Source: Treponemataceae bacterium (GTDB taxonomy: Bacteria > Spirochaetota > Spirochaetia > Treponematales > Rectinemataceae). From it: a stretch of DNA of 64,000 bases. Shown piece by piece: positions 29,607 to 39,634 of this stretch. The notes below the pieces were generated by a model that saw only the letters and a program-made list of their open reading frames with translations, was not told the origin of the DNA and did not search any database. Made by a program: the position numbers and the translations under genes. How positions within the stretch are numbered: the first letter of the stretch is position 1; the number at the start of each line of letters is the position of its first letter. The DNA is taken from contig CAXXVZ010000003.1 of the NCBI GenBank assembly GCA_963678065.2, forward strand, positions 960,001 through 1,024,000, written 5' to 3'.

Positions 29607-31379
29607 TCAATAGAAGAAGTAAGCTCTCCCTGCTGTTATGCCGTACTTCGCCTTGACCCAGGCCTCAAGCCTGGAGGCGTGAGAGGCGAAGGAATCGCCG
29701 TATTTCAGCATGTAATTCTCGATGGGAAGCTTGAGCTCCGGATGCCGTTCGACGAGCCTCGCGGTCAGGGTCTTCTGGAAATACTCCTTGACCCGGTAGA
29801 CCGGCTGCTGCAGAAGGTAGGCCTGGAACTCGTTCGCCATGAGATAATCCGAGGCGGTATTGTAGTTCATCCAGCCGAAATACAGCTTCCAGAACCAGCG
29901 CTCCTCGGAGGACACCGAGGACCAGGCGTCCGTGACGAAATCCCGGTACTCTTTGTCGGCAAAAAACAGCGCGTGAGTCGATTCATGCGTGATGAATGTG
30001 GAGCGCAGGTAGGCTTCTGATTCCCGCGACACCGATATGAGGGCGCCGCGTCCGGCTTCGAACTGCCCCTTCCCTTTTTCGCGTATGACCTGTTTCTGGA
30101 CCAGGACGGACTCGAGCCTCTTCTCCTCCGGGTTGAGCGGGAAATCCGTTTTGGCCGCGAGGGAAAAGAACGAAGCCAGGTCCTCCGGACGGTAATCGTG
30201 GGCGTTCCAGCCGTGGAGCCCCGCGATTTCCATATCCCGTGCCAACTTGCCCGCGAAACCGCGCTTTTCCACGTAGAAGGCGAGTCTTTTCAAATAGCGG
30301 TCCTGTGTCGCGTAGTCCCGGAAATCGAACACCAGGACATCGGGCACAATGTCCCAGCGGAAGAGGTTGTAATCCGTGAGCTCTCCGCTCTCGAGGACGC
30401 TCGGGGAAGAGGCCAGAATCCTTCCGAGATCGGCGGCCTCGCACTCGGATGGATCGAGGGGGCTGGCGTAGACTGCCTGGATGCCGAGATTTTTCGGGAG
30501 GATGAGTTCGAGACTCTTGGGCTGCACTCCGAAAAGCGGAGAGGGAAGGTACACTAGTGCGCCCGTTTGCCGGGTCCGGAGCGATTTTGTGGCGCTGTCG
30601 GACTTGATTTTTATCACCTCGCCATCGCTTCCCGGGCCGTACCTGATGACGAGGGTCGGGCAGGAGGACTGGCTCTCCGATTCAGGGCTCTTCTTTCCTG
30701 AAAGGTTTTCCCCATTGTCCGAAGCGGCCTTGTTCGGCGCGGTCATGGCGGCGGCCGAATCGAAAGGGTCCTCTATGGTTATGACCGATGAGCTCGAGAG
30801 ATTTTCGTATTTGAAGCCGGAGGATACGCTGACCTCGCCATCGCTGGTCCGGAGGAAACCGCGGAACGCAGGTATCACCGCGACGCCCCGGATCGAGAAG
30901 ATCTGGTCGCTCGCCGGCCGTGTCGACCCGGGTTCGGGCTGGAGGATCAGCTCCAAAGAACTGAGTCGCCTGTCGGCGGCCAAGGGCAGGATCAGGTTCG
31001 TGATTCCATCGCCGAGGAGGAACTGCCCCGAGGACCATGCATCGCCTCCGCCGGAGCGGGATGACAGCATGAGCTGCACAATCGACCCGGGGACGAGACA
31101 GTCGACAGTTATGCGGAGGGAGCGACCGGCTCCCGCCCCGAGAGCTTTGCCAAGGATGTAGCGGTTGTTCCTGCGCGAACCAGTGTAAACACCTTCCGCT
31201 CCCGCGGGGAAACTGGCGGATTGATGGAACTGGAGTTTCTCGCCCGAGGAGCCTGTCCAGGCGAAGCCGCTCGCGGAGTCGGCCATGCAGGAGCACAGCC
31301 CGATGGAGGAGAAAACCGCGAGCGCGAGCGCGGTCAGCGTGCGCTTCCCGGGTCTGGAGAAGAACGAGTACAGGTCCAT
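29607..31379 (-). CDS. Hypothetical lipoprotein with C-terminal HExxH metallopeptidase-like motif
   Basis: Lipobox-like GLCSC; THESTH and downstream NEFQAY. Confidence 0.65.
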   Translation of the reverse strand: MDLYSFFSRPGKRTLTALALAVFSSIGLCSCMADSASGFAWTGSSGEKLQFHQSASFPAGAEGVYTGSRRNNRYILGKALGAGAGRSLRITVDCLVPGSIVQLMLSSRSGGGDAWSSGQFLLGDGITNLILPLAADRRLSSLELILQPEPGSTRPASDQIFSIRGVAVIPAFRGFLRTSDGEVSVSSGFKYENLSSSSVITIEDPFDSAAAMTAPNKAASDNGENLSGKKSPESESQSSCPTLVIRYGPGSDGEVIKIKSDSATKSLRTRQTGALVYLPSPLFGVQPKSLELILPKNLGIQAVYASPLDPSECEAADLGRILASSPSVLESGELTDYNLFRWDIVPDVLVFDFRDYATQDRYLKRLAFYVEKRGFAGKLARDMEIAGLHGWNAHDYRPEDLASFFSLAAKTDFPLNPEEKRLESVLVQKQVIREKGKGQFEAGRGALISVSRESEAYLRSTFITHESTHALFFADKEYRDFVTDAWSSVSSEERWFWKLYFGWMNYNTASDYLMANEFQAYLLQQPVYRVKEYFQKTLTARLVERHPELKLPIENYMLKYGDSFASHASRLEAWVKAKYGITAGRAYFFY

Positions 31380-31391
31380 TCCCGCTCCGTC

Positions 31392-32162
31392 TCAGCGGAA
31401 GGCGACGAGGCTCTTGGCGATAAGTTCGGCAAGCCCCCGTTTCCGCGAGCGGCCGGATTCCCCCTCGTCAAGGATGAAATTCTCCCAGCAGCCGATGAAA
31501 TCTTCGGGAAGCCTCGGCAGCTGCCGCAACTGGCTGTTGATTTCACGGTGTGAGGGTTCGAATCGCCTGTTCGCCATGAACAGCGAGGCTGCGGCGAAGC
31601 GGAGGAAGCCAGCCGCGGAGACCGCATAGTAGAAATCATCCTCGCAGAGAATCGCTTCCCCGAGGTCGGAAAAATAGTGCTCCATCTTGGTCAGGAAGGT
31701 TTGTTGCATGACCGACCAGAAATCCTCTCCAAGGTGACCGAGGCGGGCCTGCGCCCCCTCGATCCAGGAAGTCCGCGCGAAGAGAATCCGCGCCGTCTGG
31801 AGGCGATACAAGGGATAAGTCCCGGAGTTTTTCAGAATCTTGAGGAAATCGAGGCTATGGTCGAGGAGTCGGTCGATCTCGGTAACTTTCTTGTATTCGA
31901 CCCGGACGGGGAGGCTCTCCAAGAAAAATCTGTCCTTGGTCTGCCCCTGGGCGCTCTCGAAGGCGCCGGGATTGCCGAAGGCGGCCTGCCTGAGCTCAGG
32001 ATCGGGCACCCTCGACCTGACATAGACATCGAGCACCAGGGCGAAATATGGGTCGAGGGTATCCATTTCGGCATGCTCGCCTACTGCTATGCACTCCACG
32101 CATTCCCAGGAGGAGAGTACCGTTGTCAGCGCATTGGCAAGCCTTTCCACTTTATGTTTCAT
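31392..32162 (-). CDS. DUF4037-like / nucleotidyltransferase-fold protein
   Basis: VECIAVG...DPYFALVLDVY N-terminus with helical C-terminus (LFMANRRFEP). Confidence 0.6.
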   Translation of the reverse strand: MKHKVERLANALTTVLSSWECVECIAVGEHAEMDTLDPYFALVLDVYVRSRVPDPELRQAAFGNPGAFESAQGQTKDRFFLESLPVRVEYKKVTEIDRLLDHSLDFLKILKNSGTYPLYRLQTARILFARTSWIEGAQARLGHLGEDFWSVMQQTFLTKMEHYFSDLGEAILCEDDFYYAVSAAGFLRFAAASLFMANRRFEPSHREINSQLRQLPRLPEDFIGCWENFILDEGESGRSRKRGLAELIAKSLVAFR

Positions 32163-32208
32163 TTCGTTCGCCTTTACCTTTCGAGCTGATCAACTATATC
32201 ATGGGGAT

Positions 32209-32817
32209 GTGGTTTTGAACACTCTGTCCGAAAGGAGAAGGAGCACGAGGCGGGCAGTCATCTGCGCGCTCGAGCCTCCGGGCAACGTCGCGAGAGAGAT
32301 AAATCTTTACCGTCGCGCATATTTTCGGGAATTCGGAATATCCTCCGCCTCGCTGTATCCGGCATTGATTCCTCTCGTCATCTCCTCTCCAGGAGTAGGT
32401 GTACAGGGGGCCGCGCGGCTTGCCGGCTTCGTCGCACGTGCGATCGAGGACATGGATCTCAGGTTTTCCGGAACCCGGCACCACTTCTCCGGTGACGCCC
32501 TCTATCTCGGACTGAGCCAGGGGCTACCAGAACTCCTGAATTTTCTCGGGAGCCCGGAAATACAGCCTGTTCCGGCCGAATGCGGATGCCCTGCCGCGGA
32601 TTCACAATTTCTGTTACCTGGAGCCGGGTTTTTCGTTTGCCGTACTGATGGTTCCGGTAATTTTCCCGCTACCGGGGATCTGCCACCACCCCCTCCGCTG
32701 TCTTTCCGGGATTGTTCGGTGTCCGTGTATCGCGTGGATTCCGGTGACGGATTCCGGCATGCGACCAGATGGACCCTGCTCGCGAGGACAAGGAGAAAAA
32801 CGGGCGCGGGACAGTGA
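32209..32817 (+). CDS. Hypothetical protein
   Basis: ORF filling the gap between divergent neighbours; start uncertain. Confidence 0.5.
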   Translation: MVLNTLSERRRSTRRAVICALEPPGNVAREINLYRRAYFREFGISSASLYPALIPLVISSPGVGVQGAARLAGFVARAIEDMDLRFSGTRHHFSGDALYLGLSQGLPELLNFLGSPEIQPVPAECGCPAADSQFLLPGAGFFVCRTDGSGNFPATGDLPPPPPLSFRDCSVSVYRVDSGDGFRHATRWTLLARTRRKTGAGQ

Positions 32818-32889
32818 CCCTGCATCGTCGATTCGCTTTTCAGCATCGGCAAGCCATGCTATAGTCCCATCCCAGTCTCCGGAGGTATC

Positions 32890-33516
32890 ATGAAATTACG
32901 GTTTCCGAAAGCGGCGCCGCTTGTTCTGTTTTTTCTGGTGTCGACAATCCCACTTTTCGCCCAGGAGTCTGGCAAATCCCCGCTCCCTACATTTTCCGCT
33001 CTGTCAGAGTCCGGCGCTTACTCACGCGGCGATCAGACTTTGAGCCTCACGACCGGCTTCCAGATTCCTCTGTTCATTTTCCCCGATACGAGCGATCTGC
33101 CCGGCGCAAAGTTGCTGCTCGGCGGATCTTTCGCTTTCACGTACCAGTATTTCCTCACATCGCACCTGGCGATTGGCGGCACCCTGAATGGGGCTTTCAA
33201 CGGCACGATAGGCGGACGGAGTCTCTTTATCGCACCTCTCTCCTTCCGCACGGCCTATTGGTGGACGAAGGGACCGCTGGAGGCCGGGCTCGGCCTGGAG
33301 GTGGGCGGCTATCTCATGCGCCTCGACTCCTACGGCATGCTGGGACCCTTCGCAAAATTCGGCCCCGCGCTCTCATGGAGGATCACGCAAGGCTGGAGCA
33401 TCGGCACCCAGGCCTATTACTGGTTCGTGCCGGAAATTCACTCCGGAACCGAGACCTCGAAGACGCGGTACGGAAACTTCCTCGAATTCGCGGTGGCCGC
33501 GGTTTACCATCTGTAA
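32890..33516 (+). CDS. Outer-membrane beta-barrel protein (TP0733/OmpW-like)
   Basis: Signal peptide (LFA|Q); GDQ..L; alternating aromatic beta-strands; C-terminal AVYHL. Confidence 0.75.
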   Translation: MKLRFPKAAPLVLFFLVSTIPLFAQESGKSPLPTFSALSESGAYSRGDQTLSLTTGFQIPLFIFPDTSDLPGAKLLLGGSFAFTYQYFLTSHLAIGGTLNGAFNGTIGGRSLFIAPLSFRTAYWWTKGPLEAGLGLEVGGYLMRLDSYGMLGPFAKFGPALSWRITQGWSIGTQAYYWFVPEIHSGTETSKTRYGNFLEFAVAAVYHL

Positions 33517-33526
33517 GGGGACAGCG

Positions 33527-34708
33527 ATGAACAAGAACATGATCAGAAATGCCGGCCTGCCGATTCTGGCGCTTTTCCTTGCCTCTCTCTTGTCCTGCGA
33601 CAACTCCTTCGGGATTTTCTCGAGCATCCAGCAGGAGACCAAGCAGACGGGCACCAATGTTTTCCTCAATGGAACTGTCAAGAAAGTCGTCGGCGACGGA
33701 ACATCCTATTTTGCCGCGATGGCGAAGATCTACACGAGACTTGTCACCGACACGGTCGGCAGCGACGCGTGGAAAGTTCTCACGATCGCGACCAGTACCG
33801 GCACCACGATTTCCGACTATGCCTGCACAAGCCTGACCGAGGGCTCCGTCTCCGGCGTGCCGACGGTGTTCGCCGCCCTCTCCAACAGGGTGACGGGCGA
33901 ACTCCTCGGCCTGTATTCGACGGTCGATCACGGCGTGAGCTGGACCGAACTTGCAAGCTCGGGCATTCCTTCGAGCGGCTACATACAGTCGATTTTCTTC
34001 GTGAATAATACTCTTTTCGCCTCGGTGAGAAAGAAAGTCTCCGGGGTCGATGTGTACGACCTCCTCTACCGCACCGCGACGGGTTTTGTTTCCGCGGGAA
34101 CCGCGGTGACCGCCGTGGACAGCCCCTTTATCGACGGTATCTGGGACGGCACGAACTACTGGTTCGCGGAGACGGACGGACTGTACGCGGGAACCTCCCC
34201 CGCCGCGATCGCTGCTGTTTCCGAGACAGGAGGGCCCACATCCAAGACCCTGACAGGATTCTGCGTCAACCCGGCAACCAACGACGTGTATGTGTCGACC
34301 GATGATGGCTATGTCTACATGCGCCAGAAGTCCGGCGGAAGCTGGACGAACAAACTGGTACTGTCGGACGTATCTCTGGGAACCATCATCGTCATCCCAG
34401 CCGGGCTCAATCCGGGCGGAACAGGAATCCGGCTCGCCATAGCCCGCAATGACAGCGTATACGGATATATGGAGTACGACTGGGCGGCATCGCAGTATTA
34501 CGCGGGCGCAAGCGGCGAACTCACCTCCTCCGAGAGCAACTATTCGACGACCCTCAGCGGCGTGCCTGTGCTCTCCTTCTACCTTTCCTCGGCGGAGAAC
34601 AGGCTGTTCGTGACAGGCATAGCCTCCAACCTGGATAGCAGATACGGCCTGTATTCCGACGGATGGTCCGCCACCGCTTCGAGCTGGGGTGGATGGGAAG
34701 CCGAATGA
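33527..34708 (+). CDS. Ser/Thr/Gly-rich lipoprotein, beta-propeller-like
   Basis: Lipobox LLSC; GIFSSIQQE; BNR-like STVDHGVSW; ends GWEAE. Confidence 0.7.
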   Translation: MNKNMIRNAGLPILALFLASLLSCDNSFGIFSSIQQETKQTGTNVFLNGTVKKVVGDGTSYFAAMAKIYTRLVTDTVGSDAWKVLTIATSTGTTISDYACTSLTEGSVSGVPTVFAALSNRVTGELLGLYSTVDHGVSWTELASSGIPSSGYIQSIFFVNNTLFASVRKKVSGVDVYDLLYRTATGFVSAGTAVTAVDSPFIDGIWDGTNYWFAETDGLYAGTSPAAIAAVSETGGPTSKTLTGFCVNPATNDVYVSTDDGYVYMRQKSGGSWTNKLVLSDVSLGTIIVIPAGLNPGGTGIRLAIARNDSVYGYMEYDWAASQYYAGASGELTSSESNYSTTLSGVPVLSFYLSSAENRLFVTGIASNLDSRYGLYSDGWSATASSWGGWEAE

Positions 34709-34745
34709 AGATGATGGCCGCGCGAAGGCGGGGGCTTCCCCCGCG

Positions 34746-37127
34746 ATGAAGGGCTCGGTCGGGGAGGATCTGTTCTCCGGGGCCAAAGCCAACCAGGGGC
34801 ATGGTCGCTCAGAGGGCGGATCGCATGGCGGGCCGGATTCCAGAACCGGATCGGCCCCCCTCGCCGACCGGATACGTCCCCGTTCGCTCGACGAGTTCGT
34901 CGGACAGGACCATATCATCGGCCCGGGGCGTCTCCTCCGGCGCGCCATCCAGAAGGATCAGCTCTCATCCATCATTTTTTCGGGTCCCCCGGGCACGGGC
35001 AAGACCACTCTGGCCCGGATCATTGCGAACACGACATCCCGGCGCTTCGTCACCCTCAACGCCGTCCTCGCGGGCGTGGCCGATATCCGGGTGGCCATAG
35101 AGGACGCGCGCCGGCAGAGGGATCTCTACGACCGCAGCACCATCCTCTTCGTCGACGAGGTCCACCGCTGGAACAAGTCACAGCAGGACGCCCTCCTTCC
35201 CTGGGTCGAAAACGGCACGATCATCCTCATCGGGGCGACGACGGAGAACCCGTTTTTCGAAGTGAACCGGGCCCTCGTCTCGAGATCGAGGGTTTTTCTC
35301 CTGAAACCCCTCGAAAAGGAAGATCTTGAAAAGGCAGCCCGCTTTGCCGTCGCGGACAAGGAACGCGGCTACGGGAGATGGGAGGTCCGCTTCGGGGAGG
35401 GAGCGCTCGAACATCTCGTCGAAATGGCGGACGGCGACGCGCGGAGCCTCCTCAACGCCCTCGAACTCGCTGTCGAAACCAGCGTACCTTCCTGGCCACC
35501 GGAAGAGGGCTCGACAATCGACGTGAATCTCGCTGCCGCCGAGGAGAGCATTCAGCGGCGCGCCGTCCTTTACGACAAGGATGGAGACTTCCACTACGAC
35601 GCGGCGAGCGCCTTCATCAAGAGCATACGGGGCAGCGACCCCGACGCTGCGCTGTACTGGCTCGCCCGCATGGTCTACGCGGGCGAAGACCCCCGCTTCA
35701 TGTTCCGCCGCATGCTCATCTCGGCTTCCGAGGACATCGGATTGGCCGATCCAGCCGCCATCGGCGTCGTCTCCGGCTGCGCCCAGGCCTTCGACAGAAT
35801 CGGCATGCCGGAAGGTCAGTTTCACCTCGCCGAGGCGGCCCTCTACCTCGCGACCTGCCCGAAATCCAACTCGGCTCTCGGATATTACGACGCGCTGAAG
35901 GCTGTAGAGGAAGAAAGCGCCGAGGTTCCCAACCACCTCAAGGATGCGAGCCGCGATGCCAAGGGCTTCGGACACGGAGAAGGCTACACCTACCCCCACG
36001 CTTACCGCGATCACTGGGTGGCGCAGCAGTATCTGCCGGAATCGATGAAAAACCGTGTTTTCTACAACCCGGGAGAGCTGGGCGTCGAAGGTCAGAGGAA
36101 GATTGAAGTTCTGGGTCGCAGGGAGACCCAGCTCGCGGGCATCGCGGAAATCGCCGATTTCTCCCGATCGGGAGAGGGCGGGAACGAAGTCTGGTCGCGC
36201 TCCGGGGAAAGTCTCGCCGAGTGGACCCTGCGCTCCGAAGCTTCGGCGGGAATCCGTCTCTCGACCTTGAGAACGACCCTCTTCGATGCGGCGACCCCGG
36301 GACGGGCAGACAGGGTTCTCGTGTTCGATGCGAGAGACGGTTACCTGGTCTGGGAAGCGCGGCGCCGCAGCCCCGAGGGGACGGTAGTCGCCCTCGTCCA
36401 GTCCGAAAGCGAAGCGAGGAGTCTGGAGGACCGCGCCGCAGGGCTCGGGGTGCTCGAAAAACCCCTGGCCGTCGTGGCCGATTTCCTCGCCACGCCGACC
36501 GGACCAGACTTCGGCTCCTCCACCTCCGGCAGAGGGGAGATCGCCGATACACTCGCCGCCACACTCGGCCGGGAGGCGGGCTTCAGTCAGTTCGACCTCG
36601 TTCTCGGCTCGGAACTCGTGTCGCGATTCGGCAATCCGGCGGCCGTGATTTCCCTCCTCGCGAAAACCCTTCCCGGAACGGCATTCGCGGCCATCGAGCA
36701 ATCGGCCTGCGAAAAGGCCAGGCTTTCCGTCATTCTGGCAGAGTACCCGGAAGCCCAAGCCGGCGAGCCGGCCCACAGAGACAGGGATCTCCTTTCCCGC
36801 TACGCGGCCTTCGAGAGGGAGTTCTTTTCGGGGCCCGCCGCGCGGAGCCGGGCGCGCTCCGCACAGGAGCTCTCGGCTCTCTACGACTGTCCATCGATCG
36901 CAGGCCTGACTGGCAGGGAACATGTCTTTTCCTACCCTCGCAGGTTCAGCAAGCTGGACGTGAGGACCTGGTTCGGCGCGGATTCGATCTACGGAAAGGC
37001 AGTCAGGGAGTCGCTGGGAGAGGAAGCGACAGGAATTCTGGCCGCCATGGTTCTATCCATGCAGACCCCAGTGGACTGGCCATTTTCAGCCGTGGTCTTC
37101 AGGGGTCGTCTGGCGGCCGCACGCTGA
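34746..37127 (+). CDS. rarA: Replication-associated recombination AAA+ ATPase RarA/MgsA with C-terminal extension
   Basis: [50 protein letters not shown]; start uncertain. Confidence 0.92.
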   Translation: MKGSVGEDLFSGAKANQGHGRSEGGSHGGPDSRTGSAPLADRIRPRSLDEFVGQDHIIGPGRLLRRAIQKDQLSSIIFSGPPGTGKTTLARIIANTTSRRFVTLNAVLAGVADIRVAIEDARRQRDLYDRSTILFVDEVHRWNKSQQDALLPWVENGTIILIGATTENPFFEVNRALVSRSRVFLLKPLEKEDLEKAARFAVADKERGYGRWEVRFGEGALEHLVEMADGDARSLLNALELAVETSVPSWPPEEGSTIDVNLAAAEESIQRRAVLYDKDGDFHYDAASAFIKSIRGSDPDAALYWLARMVYAGEDPRFMFRRMLISASEDIGLADPAAIGVVSGCAQAFDRIGMPEGQFHLAEAALYLATCPKSNSALGYYDALKAVEEESAEVPNHLKDASRDAKGFGHGEGYTYPHAYRDHWVAQQYLPESMKNRVFYNPGELGVEGQRKIEVLGRRETQLAGIAEIADFSRSGEGGNEVWSRSGESLAEWTLRSEASAGIRLSTLRTTLFDAATPGRADRVLVFDARDGYLVWEARRRSPEGTVVALVQSESEARSLEDRAAGLGVLEKPLAVVADFLATPTGPDFGSSTSGRGEIADTLAATLGREAGFSQFDLVLGSELVSRFGNPAAVISLLAKTLPGTAFAAIEQSACEKARLSVILAEYPEAQAGEPAHRDRDLLSRYAAFEREFFSGPAARSRARSAQELSALYDCPSIAGLTGREHVFSYPRRFSKLDVRTWFGADSIYGKAVRESLGEEATGILAAMVLSMQTPVDWPFSAVVFRGRLAAAR

Positions 37128-37137
37128 TCGACGACAC

Positions 37138-38163
37138 TCAGCGCAGGGGATGGGCCCCCACCGACTCAAGAAATTCCAGAAGGAGCGTGCCAGTATCCGG
37201 GAATACGAGCGGCCCGGCGGGTACGCTGCTTTCCGAAATTGCCTCTCTGTCGCCCCCTGCCGGGCCTGCCGCCCCTTCCGGATTTTGCTGAGACATGCAG
37301 TTTCTCCCTATCTCGGTCCAGCACTCGTTTTCCCTGCCTGGCAGAATCGGCAGGAAACGCGCCTCCACTGATCTCGCGGCGGAGAGGGAGGAGTGGTTCG
37401 ACCCGATCACCGTGATCGGAACCGATCCGTAGCCTCCCGCGCAGGCTCTCGAGAGGTAGAGAGCCATGTCTCCCCTTTCCCGCCCGGCCACCCGCGAACA
37501 GAGTGAACCAAGCCCGGCTGAGGACCACATCGACAGGGCTGTCGCCTCTGTCTCCGCGCTCACTGCCAGTATCGTGCTCCGCCTCGCCAGCCGGGACAGG
37601 ATCTCGACCGCGGAGGGAAACGCAGAAGGAGGAGGAAGGAGGCCGATGAGGGATTCGGCCGTCCTGTACCATTCCCAGGCGGGCCTGAGGACAGGGTCAG
37701 TCCGGAAAGCCAATTCTGAGCGCAGCGCGTGATCGCCCGCACTGGAGAGCCACGCCTCGAGAGTCCCGGCGACGACCGCCCTCCGGACCGAAGGGGCGCA
37801 TCTGCGGTTCGCGAGTCGCAGACTTGCGGCCAGGCAGCGGAAGGCGCCCGATCCGCGCAATCGGGAACGCAGGGCGACGAAACGCCAGATTTCCGCACAG
37901 ACGCCGGGATCGGCGGAGTACCCGAAATGCTCGATGAAGGCAGGGATGTAGGAGTGCTCAACCCGGATGCCAGGGATATCGAAGACAGCGCCCTCGCTCT
38001 CCACAACCACGAGCCCGCCCACCGCGGACACAGCGGCGTTCGTGCCGGCGGAAGCACCCCCGGATTTCCCCTGTCCGGACAATCCGTTCCGCGCAAGGAG
38101 GCGTCGCTGTGAGTCTGGTCGTCGTGCGCGCAAAACAATGTCGGAATAGTGCCCGGCCCTCAC
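37138..38163 (-). CDS. HAD-like protein with a non-canonical active site
   Basis: LVVVESEGAVFD (motif I-like), ILAVS, ITVIG, FLPILPGRENECW; start probably downstream of 38163. Confidence 0.55.
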   Translation of the reverse strand: MRAGHYSDIVLRARRPDSQRRLLARNGLSGQGKSGGASAGTNAAVSAVGGLVVVESEGAVFDIPGIRVEHSYIPAFIEHFGYSADPGVCAEIWRFVALRSRLRGSGAFRCLAASLRLANRRCAPSVRRAVVAGTLEAWLSSAGDHALRSELAFRTDPVLRPAWEWYRTAESLIGLLPPPSAFPSAVEILSRLARRSTILAVSAETEATALSMWSSAGLGSLCSRVAGRERGDMALYLSRACAGGYGSVPITVIGSNHSSLSAARSVEARFLPILPGRENECWTEIGRNCMSQQNPEGAAGPAGGDREAISESSVPAGPLVFPDTGTLLLEFLESVGAHPLR

Positions 38164-38248
38164 TCGCGGCCTCCTTCAGATACGAGTATCGGCGTATCGC
38201 GGGCGGGTCTTGACCGCCTAGAGTCAGGTCGGACATCCTTTGCACACG

Positions 38249-39634
38249 ATGAGTGGCGCGATGGGAAGCCGGAGCTTCAACAGTCCGGGAGAGATCTACG
38301 ACTACCTGCTCGGGTTCGTCAATGTCGAGAAAGGACAAAAGACAGAATTCAAACTTGACCGGATGCGCGCCCTCGCGGAAGAACTGGGCGATCCCCACAG
38401 AAAATACCGCACAGTCCATGTCGCCGGATCCAAGGGCAAGGGATCCGTTTCGGTCATGGCGGCGCGCATCCTTGAGTCCGCGGGCCTCAGGACGGGCCTG
38501 TACACATCTCCCCACCTCGTCGACTGGCAGGAGCGGATCAGTCTCGCTGGCTCGCCTATGCCGGAAGAAATCCTTCTGGAGGCCGCGGGAGCCGTGGCCT
38601 CTCTGGTCGACGGAAGAAAGGCGTCCGATTTCGAGGGAGGGGAATTTCCGACCTATTTCGAACTCACGACCCTCATCGGATTTCTCGCGTTCAGTCTGGC
38701 CGGATGCGAGGCCGCGGTCATCGAGACCGGACTCGGGGGCCGGCTGGACTCCACGAACATCGTAGAACCGGAAGTGAGCGTCATCACGCCCATCGAGCTC
38801 GAACACACCGAGTTCCTCGGCAATACTTTAGGGCTCATAGCAGGAGAAAAAGCGGGAATCATCAAGCCCGGCGTGCCTGTCTGCATTTCCGGACAGAAAG
38901 AGGAGGCGCTCGGGGTTTTCAGACGCGTCGCGAAGGAAAAGGGCAGTCCGCTCATAGAGACTCATGCGGTTTTCCCGCGCATCACGTCGAGCCTGGACCG
39001 CTCCGGTACGAGGGCGCGGCTCGAATACGCGGCCGAAGCCGAATTGCCGCCAGGCCTTCCCCGGCTTCCCGGACAGGAAGAGGGCTGGCTCGACCTCGTC
39101 TGCCCCCTCGTCGGATCTGTTCAGGCGGAGAACATGGGCCTCGCCCTCATCGCATCTTCGATGGTCTGCCCGGGCATCGGGAAAAGCGCCGTACTCGAGG
39201 GACTCTCGGCCGCGAGACTTCCCGCCCGCTTCGAGCTGACCGGCCACCAGCCCGAGATCATCCTCGACGGGGCACATACGCCGGCTTCGGTCTCCATCGC
39301 GCTCGCGAGCCTGAAGCAGCTCTTCGGCGAGCGGGCAATCCTTCTTTTTGCCTGCGCCCACGACAAGAAACACGAAGATATGGCCGCCATCCTCGCCCCG
39401 CACTTCGAGTCCATCGTCGTGACACGTCCGGGAAGTTTCAAGCAGAGCGAGCCGGAAGCCGTCTGGAAGTCCTTCCAGGGGCTCAACAGGGAGACCGTGC
39501 TCGTGCAGGACACCGCGGAGGCCATGCGGCTCGCCATGGCGAAATCCGCGGCCCGGAAAATCCCCCTCCTCGTGACCGGCTCCTTCTACCTCTGCGCCGA
39601 AGCTCGCGCCGTCATCGACCGAGCGCGTAGATGA
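38249..39634 (+). CDS. folC: Folylpolyglutamate synthase/dihydrofolate synthase
   Basis: HVAGSKGKGS, YTSPHL..ERI, ETGLGGRLDSTN, LDGAHT, VTGSFYL. Confidence 0.95.
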   Translation: MSGAMGSRSFNSPGEIYDYLLGFVNVEKGQKTEFKLDRMRALAEELGDPHRKYRTVHVAGSKGKGSVSVMAARILESAGLRTGLYTSPHLVDWQERISLAGSPMPEEILLEAAGAVASLVDGRKASDFEGGEFPTYFELTTLIGFLAFSLAGCEAAVIETGLGGRLDSTNIVEPEVSVITPIELEHTEFLGNTLGLIAGEKAGIIKPGVPVCISGQKEEALGVFRRVAKEKGSPLIETHAVFPRITSSLDRSGTRARLEYAAEAELPPGLPRLPGQEEGWLDLVCPLVGSVQAENMGLALIASSMVCPGIGKSAVLEGLSAARLPARFELTGHQPEIILDGAHTPASVSIALASLKQLFGERAILLFACAHDKKHEDMAAILAPHFESIVVTRPGSFKQSEPEAVWKSFQGLNRETVLVQDTAEAMRLAMAKSAARKIPLLVTGSFYLCAEARAVIDRARR

